Shown in pieces: positions 28,821-37,303 of a stretch of 64,000 nt of DNA. How positions within the stretch are numbered: the stretch's first letter is position 1; the number at the start of each line of letters is the position of its first letter. Origin of the DNA: Bacteriovoracia bacterium (GTDB taxonomy: Bacteria; Bdellovibrionota; UBA1018; JBFWNL01). The position numbers and the translations under genes were made by a program. The stretch lies in contig JBFWNL010000007.1 of the NCBI GenBank assembly GCA_050251055.1, positions 96,001 through 160,000 on the forward strand. Reading direction: 5' to 3'. Below the pieces are notes generated by a model, which worked only from the letters and a program-made list of their open reading frames with translations, did no database searches and was not told the origin of the DNA.

Positions 28821-30044
28821 TTAAAGCATCGCCTCCGCCACGTCTCGCCCCGACAGGCCCAGTAAGTAAAAGATTGAACGGAGATTTTTCTGGTTCAGCG
28901 ACAGTTTCGCTTGTGCGCTGACCAAGGGCTTCGCGTTGAAGGCGATGCCTAGGCCCGCTTTCTCGAGCATCAAAAGATCGTTGGCGCCGTCGCCGACGGC
29001 AATCACTTGGTCGAGGCTGATACGCTCCTGCTGGGCGATGACTTCGAGGAGATCGGCCTTGCGTTGGGCGTTAATGATGGGCGGGAAAACCTTGCCCGTC
29101 ACCGCGCCGCCCACGACCTCGAGCTGGTTGGCGTAAACGTAGTCGATGCCGAGTTTTTCTTTTAGCCGGTCCGCGACGAAGGTGAAACCCCCACTGATGA
29201 GGGCAGTCTTATAGCCCAATCGGCGCAGGACCTGAAACATTTCGATGGCGCCGGGCGTGATTTCAATGCGGGCGAAAACTTTCTCGAAGTCGGCGGCGTT
29301 GGCTCCCTTTAGCTTTGCGCAGCGCTCGCTCAAGCTTTGGTCGAAGTTCATCTGGCCCTTCATGGCCGCGTGGGTGATCGCGGAAACCTCGTCGTATACC
29401 CCGCGCTCGCGCGCTAGCTCGTCGATCACTTCGTTGCGAATCAGCGTCGAATCCATGTCGAAAACCACGAGGCGCTTGGCTCGGCGGAAGAGCCCTTCGG
29501 CTTGAAGAGCCACGTCGACGGCCTGGTTTTGGGCGATCTGCAAAAGCTGTTTTTTCATCGCACTCTGGTCGACGGCGCGGGTGGAGGACACGAGTAGCTC
29601 TACGCAGCTGAAGCCGCTGTCGCTCAGCCGCTGGATGCGGTCGATGTTGAGGCCGAACTTCGCCAGCACCGCGGTCACTTCGTGCAAAGCGGTCGCGGTG
29701 ACTTGCTCGCCGATGAGCGTGAGCGCGTAGCGGTAGCTTTGGGCCGATTCGCGTGCTTCGCGGAACTCGTCGAGCCCGAGCACTTGGAATTCGAGCTTCA
29801 GGCCGAGTTCGGTCGCTTTGAAAAGCAGATCCTTGATGACCGTTTTGTCCTGTTCGTCTTCGGGTTTGAGTTGAAAGAGAATCGAGAGGGAAAGGAGTCC
29901 GTGAATGACCGCTTGGCCGATGTCCAAGATCGTGGCCTGACCTTGGGCGAGAATGCCGGTGAGCTGGGACGTGATCCCGGGGTGGTCATTTCCCGACACG
30001 GTGACGAGAACTACCGAGTTAGAGGGGGACTTGGTTGCGGTCAG
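28821..30044 (-). CDS. serB: Phosphoserine phosphatase with two N-terminal ACT domains; probable CTG start
   Basis: FDMDSTL, ISGGF, GDGANDL HAD motifs; ACT start VVLVTVSGNDHPGI; TAAGGAG-N5-CTG at 30044. Confidence 0.93.
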   Translation of the reverse strand: MTATKSPSNSVVLVTVSGNDHPGITSQLTGILAQGQATILDIGQAVIHGLLSLSILFQLKPEDEQDKTVIKDLLFKATELGLKLEFQVLGLDEFREARESAQSYRYALTLIGEQVTATALHEVTAVLAKFGLNIDRIQRLSDSGFSCVELLVSSTRAVDQSAMKKQLLQIAQNQAVDVALQAEGLFRRAKRLVVFDMDSTLIRNEVIDELARERGVYDEVSAITHAAMKGQMNFDQSLSERCAKLKGANAADFEKVFARIEITPGAIEMFQVLRRLGYKTALISGGFTFVADRLKEKLGIDYVYANQLEVVGGAVTGKVFPPIINAQRKADLLEVIAQQERISLDQVIAVGDGANDLLMLEKAGLGIAFNAKPLVSAQAKLSLNQKNLRSIFYLLGLSGRDVAEAML

Positions 30045-30108
30045 ATACGCTCCTTACCGATTACGTTTAACCGCTACCATAAACCCAGGTGCTTTTCGAC
30101 ACACGCAC

Positions 30109-30135
30109 TCAAGTTTTTGGCGGTAAAACCGATAA
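30109..30135 (+). promoter_or_regulatory. sigma28 (FliA)-type promoter
   Basis: TCAAGTTT-N11-ACCGATAA versus consensus TAAAGTTT-N11-GCCGATAA. Confidence 0.7.
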
Positions 30136-30163
30136 TAAAAGTACACTACTTTTGGAGGTTCCC

Positions 30164-30436
30164 ATGCTGGTGACGTGGCTCATGGTGTTCGCGGTGGACG
30201 TGGCGCAAGCACAAGACAAGGACAAGTATCAAGACAAGCATCTTGATCAGAAGACAAGGGATCGTAAACCCGCGGCCGTGTACGCGGCGCCGGCATTACG
30301 GGATGCCATGAGAACCACCGAAGCCGCGCCTTGGCGCTTGAGCGCGCCCGGCGAGTTTCAGCTCGAGACTTCCTCCGCCACCCCTCTCTGGGGAGACCAA
30401 GTTCTCTACCGCAGCGAAGACTGGAAGAAGTACTAA
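30164..30436 (+). CDS. Small putatively exported protein
   Basis: GGAGG SD before ATG 30164; signal-like N-terminus ending AQA; ends 3 nt before the next gene. Confidence 0.6.
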   Translation: MLVTWLMVFAVDVAQAQDKDKYQDKHLDQKTRDRKPAAVYAAPALRDAMRTTEAAPWRLSAPGEFQLETSSATPLWGDQVLYRSEDWKKY

Positions 30437-30439
30437 GTC

Positions 30440-31852
30440 ATGTCCGATTCTAGCACCAGACGTCTCCGCATCCTCGTTGCCGAGGACGAAGTCGACCTTC
30501 GGGAGATCATGACTTACATCCTTGAAAGCGAAGGCAACGCCGAAGTGCTGCAAGCGGGCACGGGCCAGGAAGCGATGCGTTTACTTGAGCAGCATCGTGA
30601 CCTCGATCTGATTTTTTGCGATTACAATATGCCGGAAGGAAATGGCGGCGATGTTTACCGCTTTATCCGCGAGCGCGGTCTGGACGTGCCCTACGTCATG
30701 GTGAGCAGCGATCGTCCCGAGGACCATCCCATTTTTCAAGGAGCGGAGTTGGCGGGATATGTTTCGAAACCGTTCGTGAAGCAAGGCCTCTTGGATCTGG
30801 TCCAGGGCGCCCGCGGACAGTCGACGCTGCCGCCTACGGACGTGGAAGTACTGGATGAGTCCGCCTTCCTAAAGCTGGGGTTGGCGAGCTTCGCGGGCGT
30901 CACCGAGCTTAGCTTTGATGTCTACGTGCGTCTGTCCGACCGCAAATTCATCCGGTTCATGAAAGCAGGCGATCCGTTCGGGGATAACGAGCGCGGGCGC
31001 TTTCAGGCCAAGCAGATCACCGAGGTTTTTGTGAAGCGCGCGAAAGCCTCCGAGCTATTTCGCCAATTTAAAAGTGGCCTTCTCAATATTCCGCGCCTGC
31101 TTTCGGTGACCCCTACGGAGTCGGTGCGTATTTCCGCACGCACTTCAGCGATCATTCGGGACCTGTCCGTGTGCTTCGGGTGGAGCGAAGAAGTTCAAGA
31201 CCTTACGAATCAAAGCATCCAAGTGGTGCTCACGCAGCTGAAACGTTCGGGAGAGTTCACGAACTTCTTGGAGCGCCTTGAGTTCCACGCCAACGACTAT
31301 TTCGGCAGTCACTGCGCGCTGCTGGCTTTCGTAGCCAATGGCCTCGCCAACGAAATAGGTTGGACCTCCGAGCTGACCGCTTATAAATTGAGCTTTGCGG
31401 CTTATCTGCACGACATGGAGCTGACGGATGCGCAGATTCTGCGCGTCCATGACCTAAACCGGATGGGGGGCTCACCTGAGTTTTCCGACCTGCCCGATGT
31501 GCAGAAATACCTTCAGCACCCTCTGAAGATGGTCGAGCGTCTCGCCGGATGGAACGATCTGCCGCCGGACGTGGCTACGATCATCGGTCAGCATCATGAG
31601 CAGATGGACGGCAAAGGCTTCCCGCTTGGGTTACCTGCGCGGAAGATCGCACCGCTTTCAGCGCTTTTTATCATCGCGCAGGACTTCGTCGATTTCCAGC
31701 TTGTCCAGGCGCGGCCCGGCTCTGCGCAGTTCCAACGCAACCTCGTGAACTTGTTTCTCACGTCACGAGAAAGTGTCTATACCGCAGGCCAGTTCCGGCA
31801 GATTTTTCAGGCGCTCGCCAAGGGCGTGGCGCGGTCCAAGCTAGCGAGTTAG
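30440..31852 (+). CDS. Response regulator with HD-GYP-like output domain
   Basis: Receiver LVAEDE/IFCDYNMP/SKPF; YLHD; HHEQMDGKGFPLG. Confidence 0.85.
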   Translation: MSDSSTRRLRILVAEDEVDLREIMTYILESEGNAEVLQAGTGQEAMRLLEQHRDLDLIFCDYNMPEGNGGDVYRFIRERGLDVPYVMVSSDRPEDHPIFQGAELAGYVSKPFVKQGLLDLVQGARGQSTLPPTDVEVLDESAFLKLGLASFAGVTELSFDVYVRLSDRKFIRFMKAGDPFGDNERGRFQAKQITEVFVKRAKASELFRQFKSGLLNIPRLLSVTPTESVRISARTSAIIRDLSVCFGWSEEVQDLTNQSIQVVLTQLKRSGEFTNFLERLEFHANDYFGSHCALLAFVANGLANEIGWTSELTAYKLSFAAYLHDMELTDAQILRVHDLNRMGGSPEFSDLPDVQKYLQHPLKMVERLAGWNDLPPDVATIIGQHHEQMDGKGFPLGLPARKIAPLSALFIIAQDFVDFQLVQARPGSAQFQRNLVNLFLTSRESVYTAGQFRQIFQALAKGVARSKLAS

Positions 31853-32773
31853 CTATTTTCTAGCGTCGAGCCAAGTTTTGCAGAAACCCTGGTAGTTTTC
31901 GGCAATCTTCATCGCGGCTTCCTCACGCGAGCATTTGCCTTCCTTCACGGCCTTGAGCGGTTCCCAGAAGATGGAGCGACCGATGGCGAAGCCGGTGAAA
32001 GCGGGAACTTTTGCCGCGGTCTTCAACCAGTGCGTAACCTTCGCGTCGTTTTCGCCGCGGCCAAGCACTACCACGCCCACTTGGTCGCGTCCGCCTTGGC
32101 GGGCCTGGGTAGCGACCATGCGGCAGTCGGCTTCGGTATCCAGTCCTTCTAGTTTCCAGATATCCGGCTCGACGCCAGCGGCCACCAGCTCTTGCATGGC
32201 TTTCACCATCAGTTTCGGGCGCATTTCCTTGTCGAAGCGGGAGGTGTCGCCCCCTACCTGCTGGAGCTGCTCCGGCGTCGCGGGTACTAAAAGTTCGAAG
32301 AGGTATTTGCGGTTGTTCGCGTGGCAGTATTCGGAGAGTTGCTTAAGGCGCGGCGTTTGGTTGGCATTCATGGGGCCGGTTGACTCCGGATTGTAACGCA
32401 CTAGCACCTTCACGAAATCGGGCGCGAACTTCTCGATATGCGCGCCGAACTCGGCGCCGTACTCGAAATCGAACTCGTCCTGGCCGGATTTTTCGGCTGG
32501 GTTGGCGACCTTCACCTTGTCGGTTTTGGCTTGTTGAACGATTTCGGCCCCAAACTGCTCATCGACAAGGATACCGGCCCGGTCGCGCGGGACGCCGCCG
32601 CTCAAGGCGCGCTTAAAGCCGTCGTAGATGATCTTTTTATACGATGCGATGGTCTTGGTTTCTTCGGGAGTAGGGGTGCCCTTGATGCCAAAGAGCTTAG
32701 ATTGAAACGACCCCCGGTGATCGAACGCCAAAATGAACAACTCTCCACCGTAACCCAGATTCTTGGAAGCCAT
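31853..32773 (-). CDS. Class I aldolase, DUF2090 / IolC C-terminal (2-deoxy-5-keto-gluconate-6-P aldolase-like)
   Basis: LFILAFDHR, VKVLVRYNP, PDIWKLEG, VVLGRG, GFAIGRSIF. Confidence 0.8.
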   Translation of the reverse strand: MASKNLGYGGELFILAFDHRGSFQSKLFGIKGTPTPEETKTIASYKKIIYDGFKRALSGGVPRDRAGILVDEQFGAEIVQQAKTDKVKVANPAEKSGQDEFDFEYGAEFGAHIEKFAPDFVKVLVRYNPESTGPMNANQTPRLKQLSEYCHANNRKYLFELLVPATPEQLQQVGGDTSRFDKEMRPKLMVKAMQELVAAGVEPDIWKLEGLDTEADCRMVATQARQGGRDQVGVVVLGRGENDAKVTHWLKTAAKVPAFTGFAIGRSIFWEPLKAVKEGKCSREEAAMKIAENYQGFCKTWLDARK

Positions 32774-32857
32774 AGTTCTCCTTAATTTTGTCCCTAAGGA
32801 GTAGAAAATGCTGGCGGAGAAGTCAAAAGACTTTTTTGCCGCCACGCAGCGTCGTAT

Positions 32858-33664
32858 TCAAGCGCGGAGTCGGCGATGCCGGAGTGCCGGGAGCTCCGCA
32901 CGTCTTTTCGCCAGCGCCTCGAAATCCAGTTCGGCGTACACGATTCCGGCGCCTTCCGCGCGTTCGGCGAGTACCTGTCCCCAGGGATCAATGATGCGCG
33001 TATGGCCGTAGGTCCGGCGTTTCGCCGCGTGTTCGCCGGACTGCGCGGGCGCGATCACGAAACAAAGATTTTCGATGGCGCGCGCGCGCGTGAGGACGTC
33101 CCAGTGGGCTTCGCCGGTGGGTACCGTAAAGGCCGCGGGAATTGTCAGCAGCTGCGCTCCTTCACGGGCGTAGCCGCGGTAAAGTTCCGGAAAGCGAAGG
33201 TCATAGCAAACGCTCAGACCGACTTTTCCGAAGGGCGTTTTCACGAGTACCGTTTTTTTCCCGGGCTGGATGTTTTTCGATTCTTCGTAGACCCGATCCG
33301 AGGAGATACGCGCATCGAAAAGGTGGATCTTGTCGTAGCGGCCGGCGATTTTTCCGGTCGGAGAGATGAGCAAGCTCGTGTTTGTCAGGCGGGGTCCGCG
33401 CGCGGCGCGAAGCTGCACGCTGCCCGCGAGCAGCCATGCCTTCTCACGGCGCGCCCAGGCCCGGAGCGCGGTCACCGAGGGGCCGTCGAGGGCTTCGGCG
33501 ACCTCTCGTTGCTGGGTGCGGTTCTCCGCCATGAGCAAGAAATTTTCCGGAAAGGCGACGAAGCGGGCGCCCTGGGCAACTGCTTCGTGGAAAGCCGCTT
33601 CGGCGTTTTGGAGATTCTCCTGCACGCTGGCGGAGCTGTTCGTTTGGACGGCGGCTATTTTCAT
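32858..33664 (-). CDS. Carbon-nitrogen hydrolase (Nit1/deaminated glutathione amidase-like)
   Basis: FPE, YDKIHLFD, SVCYDLRFPE, PAAFT..TG.AHW, RARAIEN. Confidence 0.92.
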   Translation of the reverse strand: MKIAAVQTNSSASVQENLQNAEAAFHEAVAQGARFVAFPENFLLMAENRTQQREVAEALDGPSVTALRAWARREKAWLLAGSVQLRAARGPRLTNTSLLISPTGKIAGRYDKIHLFDARISSDRVYEESKNIQPGKKTVLVKTPFGKVGLSVCYDLRFPELYRGYAREGAQLLTIPAAFTVPTGEAHWDVLTRARAIENLCFVIAPAQSGEHAAKRRTYGHTRIIDPWGQVLAERAEGAGIVYAELDFEALAKRRAELPALRHRRLRA

Positions 33665-33767
33665 GACGGTACGATCCTAGCCGCCGGGTGTAGGAGTTGT
33701 CACGCGTAACGGCCGATTTGACCCTGGGCGAGCGAAGGCAATATTGTCTCGATATAAAGACAAATAA

Positions 33768-33808
33768 AAACAAACACTTAAATCCACGACGATGGCATGT
33801 GGGTTGCT
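33768..33808 (+). promoter_or_regulatory. IHF-like site plus sigma54 promoter
   Basis: AAACAAACACTTA (33768-33780) and TGGCATGTGGGTTGCT (33793-33808, GG-N10-GC). Confidence 0.7.
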
Positions 33809-33832
33809 CTTCATTGGGGCAGGAGACGACGT

Positions 33833-34027
33833 ATGAATGGGTTAGGAATCGTATTGATCGCCTGTTTGATCGCTGGCGTCTACGCCATCGCTGTTTTGAC
33901 GGCGGCGGCTAGGACAAAGAGGGATCGAGCGTCTGGAACTTCCGAAGGCAACGCTTATTCGGAAATGAACGACGAATTACACACAGGCCACGCTGGAGAA
34001 GAAACGATGCTGCGTAAAGCAGGTTGA
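33833..34027 (+). CDS. Small (64 aa) single-TM protein
   Basis: AGGAG SD; hydrophobic N-terminal helix; flanked by a sigma54 promoter and a terminator. Confidence 0.7.
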   Translation: MNGLGIVLIACLIAGVYAIAVLTAAARTKRDRASGTSEGNAYSEMNDELHTGHAGEETMLRKAG

Positions 34028-34058
34028 ATCGACCGGCAAATCAAAGCGATTCCACAAC

Positions 34059-34098
34059 GCCGGGCTTTCGTACTTGTACGAAAGCCCGGTTTTTCTTT
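34059..34098 (+). terminator. Intrinsic terminator
   Basis: CCGGGCTTTCGTAC-TT-GTACGAAAGCCCGG followed by TTTTTTCTTT. Confidence 0.85.
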
Positions 34099-34127
34099 AA
34101 CCGAGGGCGTGATATGAACGACGGCAG

Positions 34128-35435
34128 ATGGGCAACCAGTTCCTTTCCACCCAACCCTACAAGGGGACACGCGATTTCTATCCTGCGGAGATGCGGATGC
34201 GTCGAGCGATTTTCGGTCGACTCCGTGACGTCGTGCAGTCTTTTGCTTTCGAAGAGTACGATGGGCCCATGCTTGAGGCATTCGAGATCTATGCCGCCAA
34301 GTCCGGAGAAGAAATCGTCAATAATCAGCTCTATTGGCTGGTGGACCGCGGCGAGCGAAAGCTAGCGATCCGCCCCGAGATGACGCCCACCCTGGCTCGC
34401 ATGGTCGCGGCCCAGGTGAACGAGCTCCCCAAGCCCATCCGCTGGTTCAGTATCCCCAATCTTTGGCGCTACGAGCGCCCGCAGCGCGGACGCCTCCGCG
34501 AGCACTGGCAGCTCAATGTCGACATCCTGGGCGGCGATCCGCTCTTGGCCGACGCCGAGATCATCAACGTAGCCCTCTCGGTGATGCGTGTGTTCGGCGG
34601 CGAAAAGAAGGTCGCGCTGAAACTCAATAACCGCAAGCTCGTGGATTTTTTCTTCCGCGAGAAGCTTGGGCTTTCCACCGAAGCGGCCCATGGTACCGCC
34701 AAGGCCGTGGACGCCCGCGCGAAAGTCGGTGAGGAAGCTTACCGGAAATGGCTGGGTGATTTAGGTGTGCAGGCTGGGCAAATCCAGCAAATGGAAGAGT
34801 TCTTCGGCAGTTCTTTCGACATCGTAGCAAAGAAGTATCCTTGCGCTGGCGTGGATGAGTTGCGGGCATTGATGGATAAGCTCGCCGAATCCGGCATTGC
34901 GGTCGGTAGCAGTGAAGCGAGTGGAGTGGTCTTTGATCCCCAGCTTTTCCGTGGCCTCGATTATTACACGTCCACCGTTTTCGAAGTCTTCGACACCTCC
35001 CCGGAAAATCGCCGCGCGATGTTCGGCGGCGGTCGTTACGACAATCTGGTGGGATTGTTCGGCAAGCACCAGCTTTCGGGCGTGGGGTTCGGCATGGGCG
35101 ACGTGACGCTCGTGAATTTTCTCGAAACCCACGGCTTGTCGCCGAAGGTCGGCTCTGGCGTGGACGTGTTCGTCAGCTTGCCTAAGGCCGAGTACCGTGC
35201 GCAGGCTGAGCGCGTTGCGCGTGACCTACGTGAAGCCGGGTTGAAAGTCATGACTCCGCTGGAGATCGGCGGTTTCGGCGCGCAGCTCAAAATCGCGGCC
35301 AAGCACCAAGCCCGGTACGCCGTACTTTTGGGCGATAGCGAGCTGGCGCAGGGGCAGGTCGTGCTCAAGACCTTGGCTACGGGCGAACAGAAAACCGTCG
35401 CCATCGCCGGTCTTGCGGCAGAGATTTCAAGATAA
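34128..35435 (+). CDS. hisS: Histidine--tRNA ligase
   Basis: KGTRDF, IRPEMTP, RYERPQRGRLREHWQ, RGLDYYT, GGGRYDNL. Confidence 0.97.
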   Translation: MGNQFLSTQPYKGTRDFYPAEMRMRRAIFGRLRDVVQSFAFEEYDGPMLEAFEIYAAKSGEEIVNNQLYWLVDRGERKLAIRPEMTPTLARMVAAQVNELPKPIRWFSIPNLWRYERPQRGRLREHWQLNVDILGGDPLLADAEIINVALSVMRVFGGEKKVALKLNNRKLVDFFFREKLGLSTEAAHGTAKAVDARAKVGEEAYRKWLGDLGVQAGQIQQMEEFFGSSFDIVAKKYPCAGVDELRALMDKLAESGIAVGSSEASGVVFDPQLFRGLDYYTSTVFEVFDTSPENRRAMFGGGRYDNLVGLFGKHQLSGVGFGMGDVTLVNFLETHGLSPKVGSGVDVFVSLPKAEYRAQAERVARDLREAGLKVMTPLEIGGFGAQLKIAAKHQARYAVLLGDSELAQGQVVLKTLATGEQKTVAIAGLAAEISR

Positions 35436-35453
35436 GGACTGGATCGAAGAGTC

Positions 35454-36788
35454 TTACGGGAGGCCGTATTTTCCGGTGAGGTAACCCCGGACAGACGCCT
35501 GCTCGGAGCTGCTGAGCGCGCGCGTGTAGACGATGATCTCAGCGATCTCCCCATTCAGCCAGGTTCCCGACCCACGAGTGCCTACGTGCATGTATCCGCC
35601 CGAGAAAGTGTAGCCGGTCTCTAGACCGACCGCCGCGATGTAGCCCATCGTTTGGGCTCCGATCTGATACTTCAGGGCCATGGTGGAGTCGCTAGGATCC
35701 CACATCGCAAAGTGAATGTCGTAGTTGGCGGAGGGAGTTCCTCCTACGGGGTACATGCCGGATAGTCCGTTTTGTGCGTGAAGCCGATGTCCCGAAAAGT
35801 CGCCGATGAACATCGAGCGGTCGGGGCTACCCGTATAGGTCGAGCTGTTGGAAATTCCCATGAAGGTGCCGGCCCCGGATATTTGTTTAGCCACGAGATA
35901 GACCGTAAAGCCACTCATGCTCGCGGGCATATAGGTCGTGCTGGTGTGGAACTCGTCGTTCACCCCGTCGAAACGAATCGTAGCGTGGCCGTTGGGGGCG
36001 GTATGGTAAAGTTTCGGAGGATTGATCGGCGTAAGATTGATCGAAAGCCCACCTAGGCTTTGCCAAGGCGTCGTGATGTCGGTGCCGTCCGTCTGGCTGG
36101 CGTACTGTTCCCCATTAAACCACGCCGATAAACCCGAAAGCGACGCGGGGGAAAAACTGCCGCTGTCGTCGCAAGCCATCTCCCGCTCCGCTTGCTGGGC
36201 GGCGGAAAGCGCGTTGTACGTATTGGTGATGTTAACGGTTTGCTCGGAAAAGAGGTCGATTCGGGCTCGGCCTAGTTCGTATACGTCCATTTCGCCATCT
36301 ACTTCTCCCAACGGAACGGTGCGATTGCAGTATCCAGACGTGGAATCGACGATTCCGCCGACTTGAATGATGCGGTTGCTTCCCGCCGGGACCTGAAGAT
36401 CCACCGTGGTCGTGGCGCTTAGGGAGATCGGCAGCGTCGTGATTCCCGGATAGGTGCAAGTTTCTCCGTTCATCATGGATTGGAGGACATCGTCGAGCGT
36501 TTTGCCTTGAGGAAGATGGTGTCCGGCCGGCGGAAAGATCCCGGGACCAACGACGTTCACTCCCAGGCAGTTGAATCCCGACGCGGTCGTGGGTGGCGCG
36601 AGCGCCGCCTCTAGCCAATCTTGCGGCAAGCGCGAAAATTCCGGTAAGAGCTGGGCGGGATTTGTCGCCTCTGGCCCTTGGATCACGAACCGGAGCCGAA
36701 CGAAATCTCCGGCGGGCGTGCAGCCCAGGGACGTGAGCAGAAGCAAGAGTAAGCAAATTTTCTGCGGCGCGGGAGCGTAGATTCCCAT
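35454..36788 (-). CDS. Lipoprotein with Cys-containing N-terminal domain and C-terminal LamG/ConA-like domain
   Basis: Lipobox SLGC; FSPASLSGLSAWF, IRFDGVND, LNGEIAEIIVYTRALS...YLTGKYG. Confidence 0.75.
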   Translation of the reverse strand: MGIYAPAPQKICLLLLLLTSLGCTPAGDFVRLRFVIQGPEATNPAQLLPEFSRLPQDWLEAALAPPTTASGFNCLGVNVVGPGIFPPAGHHLPQGKTLDDVLQSMMNGETCTYPGITTLPISLSATTTVDLQVPAGSNRIIQVGGIVDSTSGYCNRTVPLGEVDGEMDVYELGRARIDLFSEQTVNITNTYNALSAAQQAEREMACDDSGSFSPASLSGLSAWFNGEQYASQTDGTDITTPWQSLGGLSINLTPINPPKLYHTAPNGHATIRFDGVNDEFHTSTTYMPASMSGFTVYLVAKQISGAGTFMGISNSSTYTGSPDRSMFIGDFSGHRLHAQNGLSGMYPVGGTPSANYDIHFAMWDPSDSTMALKYQIGAQTMGYIAAVGLETGYTFSGGYMHVGTRGSGTWLNGEIAEIIVYTRALSSSEQASVRGYLTGKYGLP

Positions 36789-36847
36789 GGCTCCATTTTA
36801 TTTCATTGTGTAGGGTGATCCAAGTTTCCGTTTGGAGGAGGAGAGAA

Positions 36848-37288
36848 ATGCCTACTTGGAGCCCGCCCACGACGCTTGCGATCAAGAAATTGACGCCCAC
36901 CGCGACCTTGCCTACGCGCGCGCATCCGGAGGACGCCGGTATGGACCTGTATGCGTCGACTGACGTCGTCATTGGGCCAGGACAGGGCACCCTCGCGAAT
37001 ACCGGAATTGCCATGGCCTTGCCCGTCGGCTTTGTCGGCATGATCGCCGACCGTTCCTCCTTGGCCAAGAAAGGCATCAAGACCGCAGGCGGCATCATCG
37101 ATGCGGGTTACCGTGGCGAGATCATGATCGTGATGAGAAATCTCACCCAGGAGGAGATTCGTCTCGCGCGTGGCGAACGCATTGCCCAGATGCTGGTCAT
37201 TCCCGTGGGTACGCCGGCTATTCAGGAAGTTTCCGAGCTGGATTCCACGGCGCGCGGCGCGGGCGGTTTTGGCAGCACCGGACGCTAG
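36848..37288 (+). CDS. dut: dUTP diphosphatase
   Basis: AGMDL, DRSSLA, GIIDAGYRGEI, ERIAQ, RGAGGFGSTG; GGAGG SD. Confidence 0.97.
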   Translation: MPTWSPPTTLAIKKLTPTATLPTRAHPEDAGMDLYASTDVVIGPGQGTLANTGIAMALPVGFVGMIADRSSLAKKGIKTAGGIIDAGYRGEIMIVMRNLTQEEIRLARGERIAQMLVIPVGTPAIQEVSELDSTARGAGGFGSTGR

Positions 37289-37303
37289 CCGATCCTACTG
37301 AAG

